A DNA stretch of 64,000 nt from positions 4,301,137 through 4,365,136 of the forward strand of contig NC_057751.1 in the NCBI RefSeq assembly GCF_004010195.1, read 5' to 3'. The notes under the pieces were generated by a model. That model searched no databases. It had not been told where the DNA came from and worked only from the letters and a program-made list of their open reading frames with translations. The first letter of the stretch is position 1. Every line of letters starts with the position of its first letter. Positions 37,899-50,400 of the stretch are shown piece after piece. The stretch is from Chiloscyllium plagiosum. Lineage: Eukaryota. A program made the translations under genes and the position numbers.

Positions 37899-39824
37899 GG
37901 GTATGCTCTGTTTAGCTAAGAACAGACATGGTTTCTGTGAACAAGTAGTGGGCAGGCAGAGTAGTTTATTTTTCTCCCACAGACAGTCTGACTGATGTTG
38001 ACATCTGAGAAACTTCGGGAGGGCTAGAATCCAGTCCACGTAATGATTTAATGTGCCTTCAAAATAGTTAATGAACCCATGTATCTGTGCCTTGAATCGG
38101 TTTTTACTCCACTTGTGAGAATGCATGTGTCCCCAGCAGTGAACAGGTCAGTTTTTAAACTTTATCTCTCATTCCCATAACCGTGAGGTGATGCTGGGAA
38201 AGCTGATTAGCAAGATTATGAATGTTCCTTCTGTGATCTTGACCTTNNNNNNNNNNNNNNNNNNNNNNNNNNNNNNNNNNNNNNNNNNNNNNNNNNNNNN
38301 NNNNNNNNNNNNNNNNNNNNNNNNNNNNNNNNNNNNNNNNNNNNNNNNNNNNNNNNNNNNNNNNNNNNNNNNNNNNNNNNNNNNNNNNNNNNNNNNNNNN
38401 NNNNNNNNNNNNNNNNNNNNNNNNNNNNNNNNNNNNNNNNNNNNNNNNNNNNNNNNNNNNNNNNNNNNNNNNNNNNNNNNNNNNNNNNNNNNNNNNNNNN
38501 NNNNNNNNNNNNNNNNNNNNNNNNNNNNNNNNNNNNNNNNNNNNNNNNNNNNNNNNNNNNNNNNNNNNNNNNNNNNNNNNNNNNNNNNNNNNNNNNNNNN
38601 NNNNNNNNNNNNNNNNNNNNNNNNNNNNNNNNNNNNNNNNNNNNNNNNNNNNNNNNNNNNNNNNNNNNNNNNNNNNNNNNNNNNNNNNNNNNNNNNNNNN
38701 NNNNNNNNNNNNNNNNNNNNNNNNNNNNNNNNNNNNNNNNNNNNNNTAGCTGTAATTTAATTCAGGGTGATAGTGAACTGATTGCTGAGTAAGATCAAGT
38801 GCAAACTCCGTGATAACTGTAGGGAGTGCCACCAGAGGCTGCTGGGTTTTACAGCTTGAAACAAAACAAAACCCCAAAAATACAAACAACCTTATACATC
38901 TGTGGTGGGATTTGAACCCAAACTCTGTCTCTTCACAAGTCCATTACTTTTCCTCTGTGCTACCAGTACTTTCACACTCACTAAGCTTTGGAGAGTAAAC
39001 TTATCATTTGATTAAGTAACACAGCTCTCTACAGCAGATATATAAATTCAGAGACATCCCCAAACCTCCAGGGTACACATGGACACACCTGGTAAGAGTA
39101 AGGTCCTTGGCGGAGGACATGCTGAGAGACACTGGTTCAAAACTGGACTACACTTTTTACAATTTAGTTGTTTACAACAACCAGAATTAATCCGAGAATA
39201 AAGCAGTTTGCAAGTTCACCATCTTCAGTCTTCGTCCATTGACAACCCTCCTGCCAGAGTAATCCTATCACACAGAGTGTCATTCCTCAGTACCCGTCTC
39301 ACCCAATGCAACAACTGGGAAGGGGCTTCTCATTTCTTGGGTACTGTCCACTGCAACATCTGTCTCTCTCTCACCGGTCCAATTCAGGATCATTTTGAAT
39401 TTCCAAGTGCTGAGCAGCCTCTCATTGGGTTCTACAAGCCTCTCCATGATAGATGGAGTGAAGCACCATCCTGTGTTTGCTGTGTATATCCACTTAACTA
39501 ATTCCACCCCCACCGACCCTCATGTCACATTACATCTTCTGTGCCCCCTGCTTGTTACACTTTGCAAATTGAGACATTTGACAAAAATTGCTTCATACAA
39601 TTTTCTAAATGGCCAGCTTCTCCCTCCTCAACAATCAATTCCAGTGTTTTCCTGTGGCTTCACATCTCCTGCTTTCTTGAACAGAGAAAGTGTCACATTA
39701 GACTTGTCAGAATCTGGGGAGTTCTGGAAGCTGATTACTCATGCAGCCAATCTCCAGAGCCACTTCTGCCCATTCTGGGGGGAGCTGCAGATGAAGGAGG
39801 GGGATGGGGTGGAATGATCAGCTC

Positions 39825-42010
39825 GTGATCGGTGAATACAGATACTGGGTCCAACCTGATTGGTCAATGGGAGGGATGAATCAGTAGCTACCCCCACCCC
39901 CAGTCCTGAAGAAGGGTGACTTCTGAAATGTTGACTTCTCCAGCTCCTGCTGCTGCCTGGCTTGCTGTGTTCTTCCAGCCTCCTGCCTGTCTACTCTTTA
40001 TGTTAGATCCTCTGCTTTCATCCTGAAACTCTCCCACATGCAAACATGATCTCCCTTAGTCTCTTGGAGGTTCAGTCTGGAACCTACACTAACAATCTGG
40101 TCAGCAGACTCTACTCAGTTGAAGTGAATTATATTTTGATGGGACATGACAGAGTAGGTGCAGGAAGGCTGTTTTCCCCTGGCAGATCACAGTCTGGGAC
40201 CAGGGTCACTATCTCGCAACAAGCCGTTTGGCAAGGAGAGAGGGAGAAACTCTTCACTCAGACAGCTGAATCATGGGAATGGTCTATCCCAGAGAGTTGT
40301 GGGAGCTCAGCCATTGACAGAATGTTCAACAGGAAACAACACCGGTCAACCCTTGTAAAAACACCAAGGACTAAAGGAGAGAGTACAGGAAACTGCACTG
40401 AGGGAGAAGATCAGCCAAGTGTTGGGAGAGCAGAATGGTAGAGGGTGCGAATGGTCTTCACCTTTCCAAACCTTCCTGTAAAACAGCTGATGGGTCATAT
40501 TCCCTTCTCCTTCCACAGACCTCTCTGGGAAATAGGGCTGGTCACGAGAGAACCAAAATACTGTCTTTCTCTCTCTCTTCCCACTCAAACCTGAAGCTCA
40601 GCTATCAGTGGCTGTCTTCCTTTCTGAACACAAAATCTGCCCAGAAGTGATATCGCCCAGGGGTCAGGAAAAGAAGAAACAAATCGAAGAAACAAATCCA
40701 AGTTATTCTGAAGCCTGTGACATCTCGCGAGACAAGGGAAGTCAGTGCACGGAACATACGACCTTGTCCCCTCCAAGCCGTTAACCATCCTGATGAAAAA
40801 ATACAATTGTCATTGTTTCACTGTCACTGAGTCAAAAACTACATCACTAACTGCATAGTTTGTCCACCTCCAGTATGTAGACTGTGCTGGTTCAAGAAGG
40901 CAGCTCACCCCCCACCTTCTCAAGGTGATAGGTGTATACAGATACTGGGTCCGACCTGATTGGTCAATGGGAGGGATGAATCAGTAGCTACCCCCACCCC
41001 CAGTCCTGAAGAAGGGTGACTTCTGAAATGTTGACTTCTCCAGCTCCTGCTGCTGCCTGGCTTGCTGTGTTCTTCCAGCCTCCTGCCTGTCTACTCTTTA
41101 TGTTAGATCCTCTGCTTTCATCCTGAAACTCTCCCACATGCAAACATGATCTCCCTTAGTCTCTTGGAGGTTCAGTCTGGTCAGCAGAGTCTACTCAGTT
41201 GAAGTGAATTATATTTTGATGGGACATGACAGAGTAGGTGCAGGAAGGCTGTTTTCCTCTGGCAGATCACAGTCTGGGACCAGGGTCACTTTCTCCCAAA
41301 TAGCAACAAGCCGTTTGGCAAGGAGAGAGGGAGAAACTCTTCACTCAGACAGCTGAATCATGGGAATGGTCTATCCCAGAGAGTTGTGGGAGCTCAGCCA
41401 TTGACAGAATGTTCAACAGGAAACAACACCGGTCAACCCTTGTAAAAACACCAAGGACTAAAGGAGAGAGTACAGGAAACTGCACTGAGGGAGAAGATCA
41501 GCCAAGTGTTGGGAGAGCAGAATGGTAGAGGGTGCGAATGGTCTTCACCTTTCCAAACCTTCCTGTAAAACAGCTGATGGGTCATATTCCCTTCTCCTTC
41601 CACAGACCTCTCTGGGAAATAGGGCTGGTCACGAGAGAACCAAAATACTGTCTTTCTCTCTCTTCCCACTCAAACCTGAAGCTCAGCTATCAGTGGCTGT
41701 CTTCCTTTCTGAACACAAAGCCTGCCCAGAAGTGATATCGCCCAGGGGTCAGGAAAAGAAGAAACAAATCCAAGTTATTCTGAAGCCTGTGACATCTCGC
41801 GAGACAAGGGAAGTCAGTGCACGGACCATACTACCTTGTCAGATGACAAGTTCCCCTCCAAGCCGTTAACCATCCTGATGAAAAAATACAATTGTCATTG
41901 TTTCACTGTCACTGAGTCAAAACTACATTCCTAACTGCATAGTTTGTCCGCCTCCAGTATGTAGACTGTGCTGGTTCAAGAAGGCAGCTCACCCCCCCAC
42001 CTTCTCAAGG
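39825..42010. repeat. Head-to-tail tandem duplication of about 1.1 kb (39825-40924 / 40925-42010)
   Basis: Duplicate ORFs in the track; the copies differ by small indels. Confidence 0.9.
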
Positions 42011-44471
42011 GGCAACTAGGGACGGGCAATAAGTGCTGGGCCCAGCCAGCAGTGCACAAGTCCCATGAGGGATTTTATTTAAAAAGGTCTCGTCTTGAAG
42101 GATTTAGACTTCCTCTCATTCTTTTGTGGTTCCAAACCAACAAGTCCCTCCCCTGGAGCACTGTGGGCATCAGAACATCAACCGTGCTAACAGCTTGTCG
42201 AATGAAATATTGCTGCTGCTTTTCACATCCTTGTTCTAAGCTGGGTGTGAACAAGTTGGTCTGTGTGCAGTGCAGGGACTCGGTAATCTGGTTACAAAAC
42301 TGGAGACAAATTGATGCTCAAAATCACAAAACTGTACCAAGGACTGGGCAGTTTCACATTTCAGTCTCACTCCAACACACAGCAAATGAAAACACCAAGG
42401 CAGCACATTTGTTAGACTCGGTTTAATTCCATCTTTCTTTTTAAAAAATAGCTGAGATGTTTTAAAACTATCCGAATGTATGTTAGGTCATGAAATATTG
42501 CGACAGAAAAATATATCTATTTCTTACAGTCTGCTTCAAGTTCGGGTTGAACACTGATGGGAAGGCGATGCTGTGTCCTGGGAAGCAGGGTGGTGCTCAC
42601 AAAAGGGGATTTGCCGGGCGTTAGGAAGAAAGGGATCAAGCACCTGGGAACTGTGGGCATCTTGCAGAAACCTTGTCAGGATGGGTAAGGAGTCAGGGTG
42701 TGGAGTGTGTGGGGGATGCACACTTCCTTGGGCCAGCTGACCTGTGATGCTGAGTCTGTTGGCAGACTGCCTGGAGCTTTGACTCCACAACCTCAGGGAA
42801 TAAGTTAATACACCACAGCACCCCCACCTTTCCCGCTGAACAACAGGATCCTGGCTGATCTGACAGACCGATCGAGAATCTCTCTACCCAGTCTTAAATA
42901 TACACCACAAGCCAAATTTTCATCAAATCAGAAATATCAACAATTGAAAGGAGAACACAGCAAAAAAAAACCTTTTTTTGTACTCAAGTTGAGGTCATTT
43001 TTTGATTACACGGCATTCACTGAGAAACACAGAAGCAGATATGGGCCATTCGGCCCTTTGGACCAGAGACGGCCAAATGGGTGGAATTTTGGAGCAATTG
43101 GGTCTGACTGACTGGGAATACGGAGTGCAGTCAGCCATTGTGGAGAATGGGAGTTATCCCTAACCTATTCCAAACCTCCTCCATGGAATTCCATCACATG
43201 AACAGATGCTTCCTGAATGACAGCACTGTTCTGGCCCTATGCGGTCTCCCTTCCAGATCACCAGCTCAGCTCCCAACTACACAGAGACTGCCTTCAGTTA
43301 CAACATCCTGTCCCTGAGGCTCAACATGGTCAGTCAGGTGAGGGGACCAATGGGACACTGCAAAAACTGCACCTCAGTCATGTGCAGGATTCCCTCTGTT
43401 CATTAATGTTACTCTCACACACCTCCCCCACTGCCTCCGTCCACTTCACCCCAGCCTACACAGGGAGGAGGGGCGCTCAGTTGGCTGGATGGCTGGTTCA
43501 CGATGCAGAGTGACACCAACAGCTAGTTCGATTCCCACCTCGGCTGAAGTTATCATGGAGGTCTCTGATTCTTAATCTACACCTTCCTCCCTGAGGCATC
43601 GTGATCCCCAGGTTAAACCTCCACCAGTCTCCCCTCTCTCTGACAGCATGCTAACAGGATGGAGACTTCACCTTGTTTCGAGTGTAGCATCGCTTCTGTG
43701 CTGTGACTGAAGAGGATTCTTCCCCCTGCCCCATATCAGGATCACTACCACCACGTACACTTTCACTCCTTGTGTGTCAGGGTTTGAGTATGACATTAGG
43801 CATCTGTGAGTGGAGATGTGTTAGAATATTCCGGGACTCCCATTCCCAGTCTGCTCCAGTTCACCGATCCGGCAAAAATGGGAGAGCTCGACAATAGGAG
43901 GTGCCAACATGGAGGCAAGAGGAGGAGGAATTCTGCTCTCCTGAACCTCAACCTTGACTGGGAAATGCCGAGGGGGGTGGGGACGAACCTGCCAGGGCCC
44001 ATTAGTGCGGACTGGTCATTTGTGGACAGGACCAACAGGCTGAGAGGGAACAGTGCAAAGCTGGTCTAGCCTCTATGTGACTCCAGGCATCAGGTTCCTG
44101 GTTCAACTAGCCTCCCCCCCTACTCCAACCTCTGCAAATGTTCACAGGACAGAACAAAGGGCTGTGGGGTGGATGGGAGAAGAGGAGGATTTGGTTCATC
44201 TCCCAACCACATTGGATGGATTTATTGGGAGTGTTTCTGAAGATAAAGCATCCCTTCCCAAAGAGTACAGGACAACCCCCATTTAGGAACCTCCACACCC
44301 ACCCACCCACCTCCCAGCTCCTGACAGCTGACAGCTTGGGAGGTGCCAAGGTCCCACTCCACAGGAGCTCGACAAGTGCATAGTCATGGCATTGTCACCC
44401 AATACCAACATCCGAAAGAGTGCCCACATCTAAATGTCTTGTGCCATTTGTTCTACCCGCTGTGCCAGGCC

Positions 44472-44541
44472 TCAAATCTGTGCCCAGGACTCTGTTAACT
44501 CTTGTACTCGCGTCTCCAGAACAGCACGCATGACTGAATAC
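44472..44541 (-). CDS. RASSF2: RASSF2-like terminal coding exon
   Basis: (K)[25 protein letters not shown] at 44474-44472. Confidence 0.78.
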
Positions 44542-45117
44542 CTGCAGAGACAAACACCATCATGTCTCATTGTCCATCCTCAATGACAGTGTGGCACTCC
44601 CTCAGTACCACCCCAGGGAAGGGGGGGTTCAGCAGTGGGATATAATAGTTATCAGCGTCAGGGACAGTGTGGCACTCCCTCAGTACCACCCAAGAAAAGG
44701 GGGCTTCAGCAGTGGGATATAATAGTTATCAGGGTCAGGGACAGTGTGGCACTCCCTCAGTACTGCATTACAATTTCCTATGTAAACGAGTCATGCTGCT
44801 GTTACAAACACATTCAAAGAGGTAACGTCAGGGAGATGTATTACAAATTACTGAGTAATTCTCTCAATTAACCCAATGGCCAGAGCTCTGACCAAAGTTC
44901 AAGTCGTCGTGGTTCAGGTGTTAGTTCTCTGACCTGGACTCCCTTCGTGTCCCACTCTTCCCTCGGCCCAACAATTGAAACTCACAAAAAATGTGAAACA
45001 GACCGGGACAAGAACTCACTTGCGTATTAATTTCTTCACCTCTCGATCTTCCTCTTCCTTCAGTTTGACAACGAAACTCTGCAGCACTGGCATTTCAAAC
45101 TTGATATACTGGGCAAC
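44472..45117 (-). CDS. RASSF2: RASSF2-like C-terminal SARAH domain: two exons (45117-45020 and 44541-44472); upstream exons not found
   Basis: Spliced translation is [55 protein letters not shown]. Splice sites ggccag|, |gtgagt and ctgcag| are canonical and the frame is intact. Confidence 0.82.
44585..44765. repeat. Tandem repeat with a unit of about 77 bp (2.3 copies) in the SARAH intron
   Basis: gacagtgtggcactccctcagtac occurs three times. Confidence 0.85.
45020..45117 (-). CDS. RASSF2: RASSF2-like SARAH exon (98 nt)
   Basis: [12 protein letters not shown]...DREVKKLIR, phase 0 to phase 2. Confidence 0.85.
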
Positions 45118-45784
45118 CTGGCCAAAGGAGAGAGAGAAATACCTGAAGCATCAGTTGTCCTGAAGCAAGCCAGTGATTTCACTCTGAAAACACTGGGGAC
45201 AGAAGCAAGGGAGAGCCATTAGAAACAACTGTTTGGCCCTGCACGAGACACACCTATTCCCCTCCTTACATCCGGCACTTCCAGCTCGGATCCAATAGGG
45301 AAGATGGATCCTGTTTTCATCAATCTTAGATGTGTTGGTGTACGCATTTCTGATTAGAATGGAAAATTCCCATATAAACATGTCACATTGTAATGATACC
45401 CTCCTGCCTGTGGTGGCATTGCAGCACCTTAGCTATGCCTTTCCTTGCCCATTCTCCTGCCTCCAATTCTCCACTTGATGTCAGTTATTCCCAGTTAACT
45501 ATAGTATGGTTACAACACCAAAGGAAAGGCTTCAACCCTGAATCCCCAGAACATGACCTGTGTTTAAGGATTAATAGTCTAGCGATAATATTACACAGCC
45601 ATCATCTCTTATTGGGTCTTAGACATGTCTTGTTTCCTTCATCCATCATGAGTCTCCTACAGCCCCTGTCAATTGGTTAAACCTATGAAACTGCAGAGGA
45701 TTCCTAATTGCAAGCAGACTCACCTAGAACCCTTGACAGGCACTGAGATCACTGAGCCAACACCCAACATGAAACAGCAACTTT

Positions 45785-46400
45785 TGGAAAGATTTGTAAC
45801 TCAGGTTGAGGTTCTGGATGTAAGTTTGCTCCCTGAGCTGGAGGTTTGTTTTAGACGTGTCGTCACTATACGAGGGAACATCATCTGTGAGCCTCTGATG
45901 AAGTGCTGGTGGTATGGCTCACTTTCTATTTACATGTCTTGGTCTCTTAAGGTGGGTGACATCATTTCCTGTTCCATTTCTCAGAGGGTGGTAAATGGGG
46001 TCCAGATCAATGTGTTTATTGATGGAATTCCCATTATAATGCCAAGCTTCTAGGAATTCCCATCTCTGTCTAGCCTGTCCCAAGATGGATGTGTCGTCCC
46101 AGTCAAAGTGGTGTCCTTCCTCATCTGTCTGTAAGGATACTAGTGAGAGAGGGTCATGTCGTTTTGTGGCTTGTTGATGCTCATGTATCCTGGGGGCCAG
46201 TTTTCTGCCTGTTTGTCCAATGTAGTGTTTGTTATAGTCCTTGCATGGTATTTTGTCAATGACATTAGTTTTGCTTGCTTTTCCGACTTGCTTGTATTGA
46301 GAGAACTGTGAAAGATGATCATTCGGGGATCTACAAGATGCCACTTGTTTGAACATTCTTAGACAGAAACCATTCACCTATCGTTGTGACTGAAGTTTCT
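45785..46400 (-). mobile_element. Penelope-like element (second family): GIY-YIG endonuclease end plus pLTR
   Basis: ORF KIPCKDYNKHYIGQTGRKLAPRIHEH...EFLEAWHYNGNSINKH; decayed hammerhead-like core at 45854-45887. Confidence 0.88.
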
Positions 46401-46777
46401 CAACCTTGCAACCATTCTCATTGACCGCTTCTGCACAGAATCCCCATTTTCCTCAACAATGTGGCGCCCACACTTGTACACAATCCCCCAGCGGAGTTGA
46501 TTGGCAACTTAACTTGCAACTGAAAACAATGCTCCTTTACTGGTCTGTTGACTCCCATGTGCTCTTTCCTCCATGTAGCTATTTCACACAAATGCACAAC
46601 TCTTTGGCACAATTAATTGACGGCACATGGCTATCACTGGCTGGACTTGCCTTTATTGTCCACTCTGAGTTGCCCTTAAGCAGAACCTATTTGAGAGGGA
46701 TGGACAAGAGGCTGCAGTTTCCACATCCAAAACAACACTACTCAGAGACTCCAAGAAGAGTGAGAGAGAGTGAGTTG

Positions 46778-46783
46778 TTTATT
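46778..46783 (-). terminator. Candidate DDHD2 polyadenylation signal
   Basis: Minus-strand AATAAA about 620 nt after the stop. Confidence 0.45.
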
Positions 46784-47399
46784 GCTGGTACAAAAGGTAA
46801 CATTGCATTAGGTTCCCCTGATAGTCCGCCCTTCCTCCCCTCCCCCAGAGTCAGTGCTGCATTTCTCTTTGGTGTGAGCGCACAGCAGTTAGACAACACA
46901 GCCTGACAGCAGTCCAACTTGGGAACCTTGTTCGTCGGTCGCTTCACTGGGAGTTTCATTTTCTGAATCTCAAGAGGAAACTCATTCATCAAATGAGACA
47001 TGGTTCTCCTCAAACCTGCTCATCACCCAAATGGAATTTTAACGTGAAAATAAATAAGCCTGTGTAGATTGGTCCATGTAGAGTCACCTTGCGTTGTCCA
47101 TACAGCCCCCTCATCAGCAGACAGGATCCAGTTGTGAGTTTGTGGGTGAGTCATTTCCCTTTGTCTCCCCCATGGATGGGTCTCTCTGGGAACATGCCTG
47201 CCATTAGCTGTTCAGACAGGTTGGCCATCAGACCTGAGCTCCAGGTCCTGTGGAAGATACACACAGACAAAGTTGGGATCAGTTCAGTGTTCTTGCAGCG
47301 CCTGGAGAAGCGGAGCTCGATAAGGAATGACAGGCAATGTGCTCTGGCTCCTGTTAATGTCAATCTGATGGGTGGTGGGGGCTCTCTGGTCGAAAGCCA

Positions 47400-47481
47400 T
47401 CAGTGCTGCACTTGTTCCAAGGTGACTCCCAGCATTTGGTAGATTTCCTTCAGAATTAACAGTGCCGTGTCTTCAGACTCC
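47400..47481 (-). CDS. DDHD2: DDHD2 last coding exon ([27 protein letters not shown])
   Basis: ttgcag| acceptor; TGA at 47402-47400. Confidence 0.9.
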
Positions 47482-50400
47482 CTGCAATGACCAGACAACA
47501 GGATTAGCTCAGTTCCGGAAAGGATGAGGACCGCGTTTTAAACAGCAGAGGGAAACAACAGGGACAAGGATTTTAAACTGTTCAATGGTCTGACAAGATC
47601 TAAGAGTGCATCACAACACAGGGCTGCTGAATGGAAATAGTGATCAGACAGGCAATGGGACAGGGGGAATCAGACAGACATGGGTGGGGGNNNNNNNNNN
47701 NNNNNNNNNNNNNNNNNNNNNNNNNNNNNNNNNNNNNNNNNNNNNNNNNNGGATGGGGGACTGGGGGGGTCAGACAGACGGGGGGGACTGGGGGGGGGAA
47801 TCAGACAGATGGGGGACTGGGGGATCAGACAATCTGAGCGGTGCAGAGGGAGGTCAGTCCCTTGACCCTGTAGCCCACCCCTTACACACACTGCCCTTAC
47901 CAATAACAGAGGTGACTCTGCAGAGCAAACAGGTACTCGTTAAAACTCTCGATGGGTTTCTCCTGTAGCACGTAGTCAATCCGATCTCCTCCATTCAACA
48001 TTCCTATCTTTACCTGTTCCTTCTCCTCCTCCTGCACTGGGCAGCTGCTGTCTGTCTCCTCACCAGCTTCAAGACAAACACAGCAATACCTCAGACAACA
48101 ACCAACTGTGTGTTTGTGTATGTGTGTCACTCACTCACTCGCTCGCTGGGTCTGTCTGTCTCACTCAGACCCTCATCCTCTCCAACCCATGCATAGGAAT
48201 TTTCCTGCTCTGCTCCTCTCACATGGGAGGGGCTGACTGACCAGGATTCTCCCCCATCTCCCCCCCCCAAATCAGCCTACCTTTCACAGGTTGATGTGTT
48301 AGAGCAACTCAGGGAGGACACACACACACACAGTTACAAAGTTGTAGGCATGTATTGTACCTTTGAGAGAGAGTGAAAGCTGCTCAGGACTGACTGCAAG
48401 CACAGAGTGTGCTGAAAAATGTGAAACAAATAGCTGAAACAGAGTTGCTATGTTCCACAACAATTCAAATTGAGCCATTTAAATTATGCCCCAAGATACT
48501 AAAATCCAATCGCATTTGATTTTTACTGTTTTACTGTTTTGACGACATCAAACCAATCAATGACGATCCTCTGTTTTGGGGTATAAAAATCAGACATTTT
48601 GAACATTTAGCCAGAGCAGCAAAGAGCACCAACAGACTGCGCCCGCAGAGATGCCCTCGGAAAGGACCTGTTCATATGAAATCTGTGCAGAAGACTGAAG
48701 AAAAGACCCAGGAAAATCGACACAGGAAAATAGACGGCTGGTTTTGAAAAGTGATTTTTTTGTTAACTTAATCGGAGGGATTTTATCAGCTCAGTATACT
48801 GTCGGAGACTGGGAGGTAGATAAATCACTGGGACAAAGGAGGTTTGCAGAATAGATAGTTGTTGGTTAATGTTCTCTTCTTTCTTGGAGTTAATGAATAA
48901 ATTGTTAATTTTTTCTTTAAGTAGTGGGATTTGGTAGGTCTTTGTCATTCACACTTTAACAGATAAGGGCATGGGGTGAGGTTTTCTGTGGTGTCTAATT
49001 TAAATTAGCAGAAGGGTTTATATGTCGTAACAGACCCACTGCACCCTCCTACCCCTAATCCACGGTCACCAAATCCTGAGCGAGGACTCAAACCCAGAGC
49101 TTCTGACCCACGGGAAGGGGCACTGCCCACTCCCTGAGATGTGCATTCACATCGCACCCATAAGATAATGAGCTGTCACAAGGAGCTCTGTGGGAGTACT
49201 GTAAACCTTAGAAACCATACCAAGCCACATGGGGCCATAGAGTCATAGAGATGTACAGCATGGAAACAGACCCTTCGGTCCAACCCATCCATGCCGACAA
49301 GATATCCCAACCCAATCTAGTCCCACCTGCCAGCACCCGGCCCATATCCCTCCAAACCTTTCCTTTTCAAATACCCATCCAAATGCCTCTTAAATGTTGC
49401 AATTGTACCAGCCTCCACCACTTCCCCTGGCAGCTCATTCCATACACACACCACCCTCTGTGTGAAAAAGTTGCCCCTTGGGTCTCTTTTATATCTTTCC
49501 CCTCTCACCCTAAACCTATGCTCTCTAATTCTGGACTCACCCACCCCAGGGAAAAGACTTTGCCTATTTATCCTGTCCATGCCCCTCATAATTTTGTAAA
49601 CCTCTATAAAGTCACCCCTCAGGCTCAGACGCTCCAGGGAAAACAGCCCCAGCATGTTCAGCCTCTCCCTGTAGCTCAAATCCTCCAAACCTGGCAACAT
49701 CCTTGTAAATCTTTTCTGAACCCTTTCAAGTTTCACAACATCTTTCCGATAGGAAGGAGACCAGAATTGCATGAAATATTCCAACAGTGGCCTAACCAAT
49801 GTCCTGTACATCCGCAACATGACCTCCCAACTCCTGTACTCAGTACTCTGACCAATAAAAGAAAGCATACCAAACGCCTTCTTCATTATCCTATCTACCT
49901 GGGACTCCACTTTCAAGGAGCTGTGAACCTGCACTCCAAGGTCTCTTTGTTCAGCAACACTCCCTAGGTCCTTACCATTAAATGTATAAGTCTTGCTAAG
50001 ATTGGCTTTCCCAAAATGCAGCACCTTGCATTTATCTGAATTGAACTCCCATCTGCCACTTCTCAGCCCATTGGCCCATCTGGTCCAGATCCTGTTGAAA
50101 TCTAAGGTAACCCTCTTTGCTGTCCACTACACCTCCAATTTTGGTGTCATCTGCAAACTTACTAACTTTACCTCTTATGCTTGCATCCAAATCATTTGTG
50201 TCAATGACAAAAAGTAGTGTACCCATACCGATCCTTGTGGCACTCCACCGGTCACAGGCCTCCAGTTTGAAAAACAACCCTCCACCACCACCCTCTGTCT
50301 TCAACCTTTGAGCCAGCTCTGTATCCAAATGGCTAGTTCTCCCTGTATTCCATGAGATCTAACCTTGCTAATCAGTCTCCCATGGGGAACCTTGTCGAAC

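Noticed and set aside
44585..44765. CRISPR-like spaced direct repeats
   Set aside because: The intervening sequences are themselves near-identical, the context is a vertebrate intron, and there are no cas genes; it is a minisatellite.
45151..45381. ORF with KQLFLM as the missing upstream RASSF2 exon
   Set aside because: No YPL..R...GP motif in frame and no suitable donor site; probably chance.
47403..47430. In-frame cryptic donors in the last DDHD2 exon (caa|gtgcag, gga|gtcacc) that could join full-length DDHD2 to the SARAH exon
   Set aside because: Both are poor matches to the donor consensus and cannot be supported without transcript data.
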